A stretch of 64,000 bases of DNA from Planktothrix sp. GU0601_MAG3 (GCA_035193785.1 CP136572.1:3732578-3796577), one strand, 5' to 3'. Positions 40,690 to 52,696 are shown, counted from the first letter of the stretch. Notes: generated by a model not told the origin, from the letters alone. Translations and numbers: made by a program.

Positions 40690-42096
40690 ATGAGTAAATG
40701 CCTTAACCCCGATTGTTTACAAACCAACTCTAAAACAGTCTTTTGTCAAAAGTGTGGTTCTAAATTACTGTTAACAGATCGATATCGGGCTTTAGAAATA
40801 TTAGGACAAGGAGGTTTTGGTCGAACGTTTCTAGCGGTTGATGAGCATAAACCTTCTCAACCCTATTGTGTAATTAAACAATTTTTACCCCAAGCTCAAG
40901 GTACGAATAATCAAGAAAAAGCGGGAGAACTTTTTAAACAAGAAGCGATACAATTAGAACATTTAGGCAAACATCAACAAATTCCTGAATTATTCGCCTA
41001 TTTAACCCAAGATAACCGTCAATATCTCGTTCAAGAATATATTGAAGGGCAAAATTTAGCTCAAGAATTAGCTCAAGCTGGGGCATTTTCAGAAACTAAA
41101 ATTATTAATTTGTTAGAGGATTTATTACCTATTTTAGCGTTTATTCATCAAAGAAAGATAATTCATCGAGATATTAAACCGGAAAATATTATTAGAAACA
41201 AGAGCGATAATAAATTATTTTTAGTGGATTTTGGAGCAGCTAAAGCAGCTACTATAACGGCGTTAGCGGTCACAGGAACAGTTATTGGTTCAGCCCAATA
41301 TACTGCACCCGAACAAGCGATGGGAAAACCGATCTTTGCTAGTGATTTATATAGTTTAGGGGTAACTTGTATTCATTTATTAACTAATATTGAACCGTTT
41401 AATTTATTTGATAGTGGTGAATGTGATTGGGTTTGGCGAGATTATTTAAAGATTAAAGTCAATAATACTTTGGGTCAAGTCTTAGATAAACTTTTACAAC
41501 AGGGAACAAAAAAACGTTTTCAAACTGCTCAAGAAGTATTAGAAGCATTACAATTAACCCAAAAACCGATATCACCACCAACACCCCAACCCAATATAGA
41601 ATTAAAGTCAGCTAAAGGCGTTAATTATCGTCAATTAGAACAACTTTTGAAAGCCGGAAACTGGAAAGAAGCTGACCAAGAAACGGCTAATAAAATGATT
41701 GAAGTAGCTGGAAGAACAAAGGAGGGATATTTAAGCGTTAAAGATATTGATACTTTTCCCTGTGAGGATTTACGAATCATTGACCAACTTTGGGTAAAAT
41801 ATAGCAATGGACGCTTCGGCTTTTCGGTACAGAAGCGCATCTATCAAAGTCTGGGAGGAACTCAGAATTATGATCCTAAAGTCTGGGAAAGGTTTTGTGA
41901 TCAGGTGGGTTGGCGTGTGAATGGTCAGAAATGTATTTGGTATCAATTAAAATTTAATCAGACAGCACCTGTTGGCCACCTTCCCACGGGCGGTGAAGTT
42001 GTGCAATTTCGTGAAGGGGAGGTTTGGTTTTTTTTGGATGCTTGGGTTGGTTGGTTTCCTTCTCTCGCATCAAGACTTGTAGACTTTAATATATAA
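40690..42096 (+). CDS. Ser/Thr protein kinase fused to a GUN4-like domain
   Basis: GQGGFG, HRDIKPEN, DFG; LKSAKGVNY..L..LL..GNWKEADQET, FPCEDL..IDQLW..YS.GRFGFSVQ, GHLP. Confidence 0.92.
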   Translation: MSKCLNPDCLQTNSKTVFCQKCGSKLLLTDRYRALEILGQGGFGRTFLAVDEHKPSQPYCVIKQFLPQAQGTNNQEKAGELFKQEAIQLEHLGKHQQIPELFAYLTQDNRQYLVQEYIEGQNLAQELAQAGAFSETKIINLLEDLLPILAFIHQRKIIHRDIKPENIIRNKSDNKLFLVDFGAAKAATITALAVTGTVIGSAQYTAPEQAMGKPIFASDLYSLGVTCIHLLTNIEPFNLFDSGECDWVWRDYLKIKVNNTLGQVLDKLLQQGTKKRFQTAQEVLEALQLTQKPISPPTPQPNIELKSAKGVNYRQLEQLLKAGNWKEADQETANKMIEVAGRTKEGYLSVKDIDTFPCEDLRIIDQLWVKYSNGRFGFSVQKRIYQSLGGTQNYDPKVWERFCDQVGWRVNGQKCIWYQLKFNQTAPVGHLPTGGEVVQFREGEVWFFLDAWVGWFPSLASRLVDFNI

Positions 42097-42132
42097 GGCT
42101 TACAGATTTTCGTAAAAATTTATCGCATCAAT

Positions 42133-42384
42133 TGAATGTAGGGGCGGGTTCGCCGGGATTTTTGTTAATAATAATTAACCTAAATAAACCCGCCCAACCC
42201 CTGAATGTAGGGGCGGGTTCGCCGGGATTTTTATTAATAATAATTAACCTAAATAAACCCGCCCAACCCCATAATAGGAATCAATATAAACCCGGTTTTA
42301 TTAACGTTAAATTTTGGTGGGGTGGGGGCGGGTTTATCAAGATTATTTGTCAGATTTGAAAGATTTTGTCGAACCCGCCCCTAC
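42133..42384. repeat. Tandem 69-bp REP-like hairpin duplication plus a third related element
   Basis: tgaatgtaggggcgggttcgccggg...aaacccgcccaacccc at 42133 and 42202; related copy at ~42322-42384. Confidence 0.85.
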
Positions 42385-42451
42385 GGGTTTTATTTTAATA
42401 ATTGGGTTTTAAAGTTGTTCGCAAATTATTAAGTGATCGGAGGTTTGATAA

Positions 42452-42760
42452 ATGAAAAATGATATTTTTGATCAGTTTCTTGGTTTCTTACAAAATTTAG
42501 ATCAACAAGAAATTAGCTATTCTCTAGCTCATCATCGGGATGAGGCGATTATGGTGAGTGTTGCGCTTCCTGGGGAGCGTTGGGAAGTTGAATTTTTGAA
42601 TGATGGATCTGTCGAGATTGAAAGATTTATTAGTCAAGGCGAAATATCGGGAGAAGAAGCTTTAAATGAATTATTTTCTCGATATTCAGATCCAGAGGAT
42701 GTTTCTATTGAGACTTGGGTGGTGAAATCTACCCAAAGAATCAGAAACCGGGTTTCTTAA
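42452..42760 (+). CDS. Hypothetical protein with a C-terminus supplied by a repeat element
   Basis: GGAGG RBS, PGERWEVEF motif; last codons RNRVS come from AGAAACCGGGTTTCT. Confidence 0.7.
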   Translation: MKNDIFDQFLGFLQNLDQQEISYSLAHHRDEAIMVSVALPGERWEVEFLNDGSVEIERFISQGEISGEEALNELFSRYSDPEDVSIETWVVKSTQRIRNRVS

Positions 42761-42813
42761 TTGAGCTTTCTGTTAATAGCAAAGGTTATTGCAGAAACCC
42801 GGTTTCTTGTTTA

Positions 42814-43228
42814 TTATTCGACAACACCGCCAGCCGCTTGTAACCGCGCTCTGGATCTTTTAATTGCTTTTGTCGCTTTAATTTTGGCTTTTTTAGAATC
42901 AGCCGCTTCCGCCGCTTCTAAATCAGCTTGAGCTTGAGCATAGGCGGTACGGGCTGCTTCTAAATTAATAGTATCACCCCGTTCTGCACCATTCACCAAG
43001 ATGGTGACTTCATTGGCTTCCACTTCAGCAAACCCACCCATCAAGGCAATGGGAGTCCATTTGTTCTTCGAGCGAACCCGCAGAAACCCCGGTATCTAAG
43101 GCGGTTAGCAGGGGAGCGTGACCCGTCAGAATACCCACTTGGCCCGTTGTACTCGGAAGAATCACCTCATCAGCATTTTCATCCCAGACCGTCCGATCTG
43201 GAGCGATTACACGCACAGTTAATGTCAT
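42814..43228 (-). CDS. atpC: ATP synthase F1 epsilon subunit (apparent +1 error at ~43085)
   Basis: [31 protein letters not shown]. Confidence 0.95.
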
Positions 43229-43317
43229 TTGTCAAGAGGTAATAAAATATTATCGAGATCAAAAATTATTGTTGTTGGGCTTTGGTAAGAGGGCTAAAGC
43301 CCAACAACTGGTGAAAC

Positions 43318-44782
<1,465 letters not shown>

Positions 44783-44894
44783 TTAATACAAGTTGATTCC
44801 GATTTGTCTCGGATAAGCTTTAGAAGAATTTAATATTGCCATCTTTTAGGGTATCACTCAAGCGTGATCACTTGATCATGACTGCCCTTTGATT

Positions 44895-46280
44895 CTATGG
44901 AAAATCCGATCCCAATAATTCTACAACCCGATTCAGTTGCACCGAATGGGAGGCTTTAAATAAAATCCGATCCCCGGGCTCAATTAGGGCTTTTAACTGT
45001 TGTGCCATTTGGGAATGGGCATCGGCGGTTTGACTATCCACAATCGCAACTAAGGGGATACCGCCAGCCCCCGTTGCTAAAGCATTGGCGGTGTCAAACT
45101 CTGCCAAAATCAATAATCCGTCCAAATTTAGTTCGCGTGCCCTGCGCCCCACTTTTTCGTGGAATTCAAGCGATCGCTCTCCTAACTCTTTCATCGTCCC
45201 CAATACGGCAATATGGCGTTTTCCTGGGGTTTGAGCGAGTAACTGTAAAGCCGCCAACATTGATTCCAACCCAGCATTATAGGTTTCATCTAAAATCACA
45301 ATATCTTCCCCCCACTGATAGCGTTGCGCCCGACCTTCGGGTAACTGTACGGCTATTGGTTGCTGAAGGAATGTATAGGAGGTTTGCGCCCCATAAATTC
45401 CCCGGAATACGGCCAAGGCGGCCAGGAAATTGGAGGCGTTATGTTCTCCGGGTAGGGGTAAGGGTAAATCTACCCCTTCGACTCGTAGGGTTTGGGCGTC
45501 TATTAATTCTCCCCGTAAATCTCCCCCTTCCAAACCATAGGTAATTGTGTTTCCCGACCAAAATTTGGTGGCGGTATTCATCAAACGTTCTTGATCCTGA
45601 TTTAACACCGCCAGACTGGTTTTTGGCATTTCTGCTAAGAGTTCACACTTGGCCCGAGCGATCGCATCTTCTGACCCCAACAGTCCAATATGAGCCGTCC
45701 CCACATTAGTAATTACCCCAATGGTCGGTCGAGCAATTTGGGTTAATTCGGCAATTTGTCCGACGCCCCGCATGGCCATTTCTATGACCGCAAAATCATG
45801 ATCGGCGGTGAGTTGTAAGAGGGTTTTGGGAACCCCAATTTCATTGTTATAGTTAGCTTGGGTTTTCAAAACTTTGCCTTGAGTCCCGAGTACGGCGGCA
45901 ATTAATTCCTTAGTTGTGGTTTTCCCCACCGACCCTGTTACCCCAATAATCGGAATCTGAAATTGATCCCGCCACCATCGGGCAATCTGTTGATAGGCTT
46001 TTAAGGGGCTAGGAACCGGAAAAAGGGGCAAATTCGGGTGATTTTGGGCAAAATCCGTGGTGACAATCGCAGCGAGAGCCCCCTGGTTAATCGCCTGTTC
46101 CACAAAGTTATGGCCATCGAAGTTTTCCCCCTGTAGGGCTAAAAACACCTCTCCGGGTTTAATGCTGCGGGTATCGGTTGTGATCCCGATCACTGTTGTA
46201 GAATCCCTGGAATCACTGTAAAATGGTGAATTAATCGCTAGAACCTGAGCAATCTGACCGAGAGTGATGAGATTAGACAT
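44895..46280 (-). CDS. murF: UDP-N-acetylmuramoyl-tripeptide--D-Ala-D-Ala ligase
   Basis: TDTR, FDGH, TGSVGKTTTKE, NNEIGVP, DETYNA, GTMKELG, KASH. Start at MSNL preferred over the longer track ORF. Confidence 0.95.
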   Translation of the reverse strand: MSNLITLGQIAQVLAINSPFYSDSRDSTTVIGITTDTRSIKPGEVFLALQGENFDGHNFVEQAINQGALAAIVTTDFAQNHPNLPLFPVPSPLKAYQQIARWWRDQFQIPIIGVTGSVGKTTTKELIAAVLGTQGKVLKTQANYNNEIGVPKTLLQLTADHDFAVIEMAMRGVGQIAELTQIARPTIGVITNVGTAHIGLLGSEDAIARAKCELLAEMPKTSLAVLNQDQERLMNTATKFWSGNTITYGLEGGDLRGELIDAQTLRVEGVDLPLPLPGEHNASNFLAALAVFRGIYGAQTSYTFLQQPIAVQLPEGRAQRYQWGEDIVILDETYNAGLESMLAALQLLAQTPGKRHIAVLGTMKELGERSLEFHEKVGRRARELNLDGLLILAEFDTANALATGAGGIPLVAIVDSQTADAHSQMAQQLKALIEPGDRILFKASHSVQLNRVVELLGSDFP

Positions 46281-46761
46281 TCTCTGAACTCTTGAAAATT
46301 GATTATTATTGATTAACCAGATATGATATTCTAAAATATTGCGGGTTTTGTAGCGGTTTTTATTTAGATTGATTACGATTTCAGCCCTAGTTGTTGAAAA
46401 TAGCATAATAAACACAGAAAATATATTATTAATCGGAACTATTTTCCCCAATAGTTCTTTTATAGAAATCTATTCAACTGAAGGGTGGTGCTACTGTTCG
46501 ATATTGGGTTAGGATGACCGAAGCATTCTTGGATAGATTTTTCCGGGATGTCCAGGGTTGAACTTCTTATTAAATCACTTTTTTTTACAAGAGTTTTTGA
46601 TCTAAGTTCTATTATCTGTAGTTCCACCAAATCTTACTGTCTCCCTAATGCTATTTTATTATAGATTTTAAAATTCAATCATGGATAAAATCCTAGACTT
46701 ATTATTATCAGGAAACTTAACCAGACAATTATACTCAAATTGAGTAGAGGGGTAATTAAAA

Positions 46762-48054
46762 ATGAACAACAATTTAGCAAATCCTTTTAATCGAGCCACT
46801 ATTAAAGAAGAACAAATTCTCTATAATCACTTACTCGAAAAGGTGGAAATAGAGGAGCCTCCTCAACTGATTGAACGGCTGAGTTTATTATTTATTGAAG
46901 GGTCAGGATATCCCGAATTAGAAGTCTCTAAAGCCCTGAATAAATTAGTTATCTCTAAATTAGAGGCTCAGGATTTTAATTATATCCTGAATCGCTGCTG
47001 TTATATTTTAATTAATCGCTGGCATACTTCCCCCCAACGCAAAACAGCGATTAATAAATTAATTCAACTTTTTGATGAATCTATTTCTAAAATCAGGAAA
47101 GTTTATTCTTATTCCCGAAATGTTCGGGAATTGGGGGATTTGGTTTGTGAATTTACTAAAAGTGAGCAGTATTTGGCATTAAAACGCTTTGCAGAAGTGA
47201 TTAATCAACCAGCAGAATTAGATTATAAAACCCAATCTTCCGAACCATTGAGAATATTAATTCCTCGCTATCCCTATCTTTATAAACATTGTTTACTCAG
47301 TGAGGATAGTTCCTATGAACATCAACAAATGATTCAACTAATTCAAGTTCAAAAACAACGGAAATACGAACTGGATTTATCTCAGTATGCAGCCCATCAA
47401 ATGCGAATCGCCAGCATCGCCCGAAGGACATCCATAGAAGAAGCCAGAAAAATTGTTTCCCCCGTTCCTAATCCCACTTTTTTAAACAATAGAGAACTGT
47501 TTGCCGCCCTGAAACAATTTGTGGGCAAAATAGAAGGAACACAAACCTATAAAGATTTAGCTCAAAATTTTCTATCCCACACTCAAACCAATCAATCTTT
47601 TCGAGAATTTAAAAACAGTTTATATGAATATATCAGCCCAGCATCTATTGATTCATCCTATATCCGTAATCAATTTAATGATAAATTATACAAGCAATTA
47701 CAAAATATCATTCCCCATAGTGATGAGGAAAATTTTAGTGAATTTCTCCTCCTGAGAACTTGTAACCAAATATTAAACTTTCTGGTGGTTGAAAGTCCCC
47801 AAAAACCTAATCATTTTGTCTTTATAGATTTGATTGCCAATGTGGGGCCAACCATGACCGTAGCTTTATTACTCAAAATAGTTTTAATTTGTCGAAAAAT
47901 CAAGCCCTATCTGGAAAAACGATTTGCTATTTTATTTAATCATTACGAGTCCTGTTCTCAGGATGGAGTTCTCTGGTTAGTAAAAGTTTTGGAAAACTTA
48001 AATATTGCTTTGAGTACCAACTTTGGCGGGGTTGATTTATCTTTCATCAGATAA
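46762..48054 (+). CDS. Hypothetical protein (430 aa)
   Basis: Long intact ORF with RBS; LNRCCYILINRW and RYPYLY motifs. Confidence 0.75.
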   Translation: MNNNLANPFNRATIKEEQILYNHLLEKVEIEEPPQLIERLSLLFIEGSGYPELEVSKALNKLVISKLEAQDFNYILNRCCYILINRWHTSPQRKTAINKLIQLFDESISKIRKVYSYSRNVRELGDLVCEFTKSEQYLALKRFAEVINQPAELDYKTQSSEPLRILIPRYPYLYKHCLLSEDSSYEHQQMIQLIQVQKQRKYELDLSQYAAHQMRIASIARRTSIEEARKIVSPVPNPTFLNNRELFAALKQFVGKIEGTQTYKDLAQNFLSHTQTNQSFREFKNSLYEYISPASIDSSYIRNQFNDKLYKQLQNIIPHSDEENFSEFLLLRTCNQILNFLVVESPQKPNHFVFIDLIANVGPTMTVALLLKIVLICRKIKPYLEKRFAILFNHYESCSQDGVLWLVKVLENLNIALSTNFGGVDLSFIR

Positions 48055-48196
48055 ACTGGAAAAAATTACAATCAACCCTAGGAATGGGGGAAAGTTTCAT
48101 CAGCAGAGGTAAAATCTTCTGATAGCAAAAAGTTTTTATTGACCTAATAACCGACTTTTTGACCATAATAAGAACAGATACTTTCCCAAAAGACCT

Positions 48197-48820
48197 ATGA
48201 CTCCAACCCAAACCAAACCCAAACTCTACAGTTTTGATGAATTTATCAACTGGTATCCCGAAAACTCAGAAGTTCGTTACGAACTGCATGAAGGAGTGAT
48301 TTTTGAAATGCCCAAACCCAGGGGAAAACATTCAAACCTAACAGGTGCACTGATAGAACAATTATTAATTATAATTAGGCAGATGGGCAAAGGTGGAATT
48401 TGGACTATTCCTAGGGAATCAATTATCAAACCCCAACATACACAATCTGGTTATGAACCGGATATTATTGTTTTAAATCAAGAAGTTCTAGGGTCTGAAC
48501 CTCGATGGGAAAGCGAATCAATTATCAAAAATTCTGATTCAGTGAAATTAATTGTCGAAGTGGTTTCAACAAATTGGCGTGATGATTATTATAATAAATT
48601 TCGAGATTACGAAGAAATGGGAATTGAGGAATATTGGATTTTGGATTACGCAGCATTGGGGCCAAGAAAGTTTATTGGTAGCCCCAAGCAACCTACATTA
48701 TTTGTTTGTAATTTAGAGGATGGGGAATATCAAATGAATCCATTTAGAGAGAACACAACCCTGATTTCCCCGACCTTTCCCCAGTTCAACTTATCCGCAC
48801 AGCAAATTTTCGATTTGTAG
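48197..48820 (+). CDS. Uma2 family (DUF820) endonuclease-like protein
   Basis: RYEL..G, EPD, LIVEVVS, DDY..K..Y..MGI.EYWI.D. Confidence 0.9.
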   Translation: MTPTQTKPKLYSFDEFINWYPENSEVRYELHEGVIFEMPKPRGKHSNLTGALIEQLLIIIRQMGKGGIWTIPRESIIKPQHTQSGYEPDIIVLNQEVLGSEPRWESESIIKNSDSVKLIVEVVSTNWRDDYYNKFRDYEEMGIEEYWILDYAALGPRKFIGSPKQPTLFVCNLEDGEYQMNPFRENTTLISPTFPQFNLSAQQIFDL

Positions 48821-48840
48821 AAGGGTTAAAGGATTTAAGA

Positions 48841-48907
48841 AGATGACGCAGATTAACACAGATTAAAATCCGTGAAATCCGTGAAATCCTCTTAAATCCG
48901 TGATCCC
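48841..48907 (+). repeat. AAATCCGTG-family dispersed element, copy 3
   Basis: Matches the 24151-24218 element. Confidence 0.85.
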
Positions 48908-48931
48908 TATTCCCTATTTAACGAGGTTTTT

Positions 48932-50344
48932 ATGACTTTAGATGACGAACTTAATACAACTCTACTGAGTTTCACCGACCTACAAGCGGAATTAAATTTA
49001 CGTCATGCTCAAGACGCCCTACACGATATTGTAGACCATCTTGACTTAACTCCCACAGAAAGAGAAGGTTTAGAACCCGATATTGGGGGGTTGCAAAGAA
49101 TGATGGATAAATTAGACCGTACCTGTGTACAAATTGCCGTATTTGGAATGGTAGGACGGGGAAAATCTTCGGTATTAAATGCTTTATTAGGTCAAGAAGT
49201 ATTTATCACTGGCCCAATTCATGGCGTCACCCAAACTACCCAAATTCAGCCCTGGGAAATAACCGATAACCAAATATCTAATATTCCTACGGTTTCCTAT
49301 AAAATTTCTCAAATCGAACTAATTGATACCCCAGGAATTGATGAAGTTGACGGAGAAACCCGGGAACAAATTGCCCGCCGGGTGGCGCAACAGGTGGATT
49401 TATTATTATTTGTGATTGCTGGGGATATTACCCAAGTTGAATATGATGCCCTTTCGCAATTGCGAGAAGCGGGAAAACCGATGTTATTAGTATTCAATAA
49501 AATTGATCAATACCCGGAAGCTGATCGACAGGCAATTTATGAAAAAATTAGAGATGAAAGAGTTAAAGAATTATTATCTCCCGATGAAATTGTGATGGCT
49601 GCGGCTTCTCCTTTGGTCGCTAAAGCTATTCGTCGTCTCGATGGAACTTTCAGCGCCGAAATTACCCGGGGAAAACCTCAAATTGAGGAATTAAAGTTAA
49701 AAATTTTAGAGATTTTAGATCGGGAAGGAAAATCATTAGTCGCCTTAAATACTATGTTATATGCCGGGGATATTAATGAAAAATTAGTCCGGCGAAAAAT
49801 GGAAATTCGAGAAGAAAGTGCAAACCGAGTAATTTGGAATGGAGTGATGACTAAATCAATTGCGATCGCCTTAAACCCGATGATGATGATTGATTTATTA
49901 AGCGGGGCGGTGATCGATGTGGCGTTAATCTTAACCCTATCTAAACTCTATGGAATTTCCATGACGCAACAGGGGGCGGTGGAATTATTACAAAAAATTG
50001 CCCTAAGTATGGGCGGAATTACTGCTAGTGAATTGGTAGCAAATTTTGGTTTAAGTTCATTAAAAAGTATATTAGGATTAACCGCCCCAGCCACGGGGGG
50101 ATTATCATTAATTCCCTATCTATCTGTTGCTATTCCCCAAGCTGCGATCGCCGGGGTTTCTGGTTATGCTATTGGACAGGTAACAAAAGCCTATTTAGCC
50201 AACGGTGCATCCTGGGGAGAGGAGGGGCCAAAAGCCGTGGTTCAACATATTTTAGAAACCTTAGATGAAACCTCAATTCTCAACCGAATCAAACAAGAAT
50301 TATGGAAGAAAATTAATCTGCAAAAAAGAATTAGAGAAATTTAA
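48932..50344 (+). CDS. GTP-binding protein with C-terminal DUF697
   Basis: GMVGRGKSS, DTPG, NKID, hydrophobic C-terminal domain. Confidence 0.88.
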   Translation: MTLDDELNTTLLSFTDLQAELNLRHAQDALHDIVDHLDLTPTEREGLEPDIGGLQRMMDKLDRTCVQIAVFGMVGRGKSSVLNALLGQEVFITGPIHGVTQTTQIQPWEITDNQISNIPTVSYKISQIELIDTPGIDEVDGETREQIARRVAQQVDLLLFVIAGDITQVEYDALSQLREAGKPMLLVFNKIDQYPEADRQAIYEKIRDERVKELLSPDEIVMAAASPLVAKAIRRLDGTFSAEITRGKPQIEELKLKILEILDREGKSLVALNTMLYAGDINEKLVRRKMEIREESANRVIWNGVMTKSIAIALNPMMMIDLLSGAVIDVALILTLSKLYGISMTQQGAVELLQKIALSMGGITASELVANFGLSSLKSILGLTAPATGGLSLIPYLSVAIPQAAIAGVSGYAIGQVTKAYLANGASWGEEGPKAVVQHILETLDETSILNRIKQELWKKINLQKRIREI

Positions 50345-50457
50345 TTCTGCTGAGAATTAAAATTATATATTTTAGTATTCCCCCCAGTATAAAAGTTTCA
50401 TGCAACATCTCTATCAGGGGGTTAGGGATTGTCCCCGATCGCTTACAATAATTAAAG

Positions 50458-50522
50458 GATTACGCAGCTTAACACAGATTAAAATCCGTGAAATCCGTGA
50501 AATCCTCTTAAATCCGTGATCC
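50458..50522 (+). repeat. AAATCCGTG-family dispersed element, copy 4
   Basis: Matches the other copies; sits just upstream of minC. Confidence 0.85.
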
Positions 50523-50537
50523 TATTCCCTTCTAAAT

Positions 50538-51366
50538 ATGTCTTTAGATACCCCAACCCCGGAAGCAATTATAAATGAATCCGAATCTCCCGTAATTTCA
50601 CCCGAGACTGATCCCAATTTACAAGTTCGGTTTCAAAACTGAAACAGGAAGGTTATTGTTATTTTTACCTCCAGAAAACAACCGTGAGGATACGGAGACT
50701 AACCTTAATAATACCTGGACAGAAATCTGGCAACAGTTAAAACATCGCCTTAACGGTGGTGAACACGCAGAACAAGATTATACAGAAGTTTATTTAATAG
50801 CAGAAAACCGTTTATTAGATGGGCGTCAACTCCAAGATATTGCTGAGGCGCTCGCTGAAGTTCAACTGCAACTGAAACGGGTTAAAACCAGTCGTCGTCA
50901 AACCGCAGTAGCAGCAGCTATGGCGGGTTATAGCGTCGATCAGGATATGGAACGAGAAACCCTAGCTCAACCCGTGCTAGAGACAACCACAGCCCCCTTA
51001 GCAGAGCCATTGTATTTGAAAATGACCGTGCGCTCTGGGGTGGATATTCGTCACCCAGGAACTATTGTAATTGTCGGGGATGTGAACCCGGGGAGTTCGG
51101 TGATTGCCGATGGTGATATTATTATTTGGGGACGGTTGCGGGGAAATGCCCACGCCGGGGCGAAAGGAAACCGCAATAGTTCAATTATGGCTTTGCAAAT
51201 GGAACCTAAGTTAATTAGGATTGCGGATCAAGTGGCGCGGGGTCCAGAAACCTCCCCCGAACAGTTTTACCCAGAAGTGGCCTATGTCAACAGCACCGGG
51301 ATTCGGATTAGTCCCGCGAAGGAAGTGGCCAAGGCTAGAGTATTGACCCTGGATATAAATGGGTAA
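50538..51366 (+). CDS. minC: Septum site-determining protein MinC (apparent +1 error at ~50632)
   Basis: TVRSG, GDVNPG..VIADGDI.IWG.LRG.AHAG. ATG at 50538 joins the frame if GTTTC is read as GTTC. Confidence 0.92.
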
Positions 51367-51399
51367 TGGGTAATGGGTGATGCGCCAAATGTGGATGAA

Positions 51400-51835
51400 T
51401 TGACACTCTCAGGTCTGAAGACGCGCTCGATTCTTGGTTCAACGAAACCACTTAATCAAAGTACCTTGCAGTGCTTTAAGCAGAGGTGGGATTCTCCCCA
51501 AGCGTAAATTCGGGTATGCCCTACCCTATTCGCAGTGAGCCTGTCGAACTGCTGCGAGTTCTTTTTTGCTTGAAAACTGTTCGTCTAGCTCCCACGAATC
51601 TTTTACCCACTGCTGGGGGAAAACTAGAACTTTGCAGTAGAACCATATAGATTCAATTGTCAAGGTTCAGCGTTTTGCCGTTAGGCGACTAGGTTTTTAT
51701 ACAGGTTGTTTACCTTTTCCTGTTACTGGATATATTAACATAGATTGGAGAAATATTCACGGGGGTTAAAACCCCCTGAGTCGCTTTTCATCTCAGGTCT
51801 GAAGACACTGAGTTTTCAAGCTCCCAGACTTATGT
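51400..51835 (-). mobile_element. Non-autonomous IS200/IS605(IS1341)-derived element retaining both end hairpins and an omegaRNA-like 3' region, no ORF
   Basis: tctcaggtctgaagac at both 51407 and 51791. Minus-strand 3' end reads GGGTAGGGCATACCCGAATTTACGCTTGGGGAGA..ACCTCT..GAACCAAGAATC..GTGTCAA. Left boundary approximate. Confidence 0.7.
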
Positions 51836-51889
51836 TATAAGTTATTCTGAACACCGGATCGATTATTGCTGAATACAAATTTTTAAAAT

Positions 51890-52696
51890 ATGAGTCGTGT
51901 TATTGTGATTACCTCTGGAAAAGGAGGGGTAGGAAAAACTACTTGTACCGCTAATGTGGGTATGAGTTTGGCAAAACGGGGCCACAGCGTTGTGGTGATT
52001 GATGCGGATTTTGGTCTGAGAAATTTAGACTTACTCCTAGGTTTAGAAAATCGGATTGTTTACACGGCAATGGAGGTTTTATCGGGGGAATGTCGCCTAG
52101 AACAAGCTTTAGTTAAAGATAAACGAGAATCCCGTTTAGTGTTATTACCAGCGGCTCAAAACCGGATGAAAGAGGCTGTTACCCCCGATCAAATGAAACA
52201 ATTAGTCGGGATGTTAGAGGGGAAATATGACTATATTATTATTGATTGTCCGGCGGGAATTGAACAGGGGTTTCAAAATGCGATCGCCCCAGCTAAAGAA
52301 GCAATTATTGTCACCACTCCAGAGATTTCAGCCGTTAGAGATGCGGATCGAGTGATTGGTTTATTAGAGGCAAATTCCGTTAAAAAAATTCGGTTATTAA
52401 TTAATCGAATTAAGCCCTTAATGGTGGAAGCCAACGATATGATGTCGGTGCAGGATGTGGAAGAAATTTTAGCGATTCCTTTAATTGGGGTGGTTCCCGA
52501 TGATGAAAATGTGATTGTTTCCACTAATAAAGGGGAACCTTTAGTGTTATCAGAAACCCCATCCCAAGCGGCTCAGGCGTTCACGAATGTAGTGCGTCGA
52601 ATTGAAGGTGAAAAAGTGGCATTCCTTGACCTTAACCCCCGTCCTGAAGGTTTTTTTGCCAAACTGCGTCGTTTGCTTTCCTCTAAAGTTGGCTAA
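51890..52696 (+). CDS. minD: Septum site-determining ATPase MinD
   Basis: SGKGGVGKTT, DADFGLRNLD, DCPAGIE, PEISAVRDADR, C-terminal amphipathic helix. Confidence 0.97.
   Translation: MSRVIVITSGKGGVGKTTCTANVGMSLAKRGHSVVVIDADFGLRNLDLLLGLENRIVYTAMEVLSGECRLEQALVKDKRESRLVLLPAAQNRMKEAVTPDQMKQLVGMLEGKYDYIIIDCPAGIEQGFQNAIAPAKEAIIVTTPEISAVRDADRVIGLLEANSVKKIRLLINRIKPLMVEANDMMSVQDVEEILAIPLIGVVPDDENVIVSTNKGEPLVLSETPSQAAQAFTNVVRRIEGEKVAFLDLNPRPEGFFAKLRRLLSSKVG

Noticed and set aside
42132..42359. 75-aa ORF with an internal duplication
   Set aside because: It is a translation of the tandem REP-like repeats.
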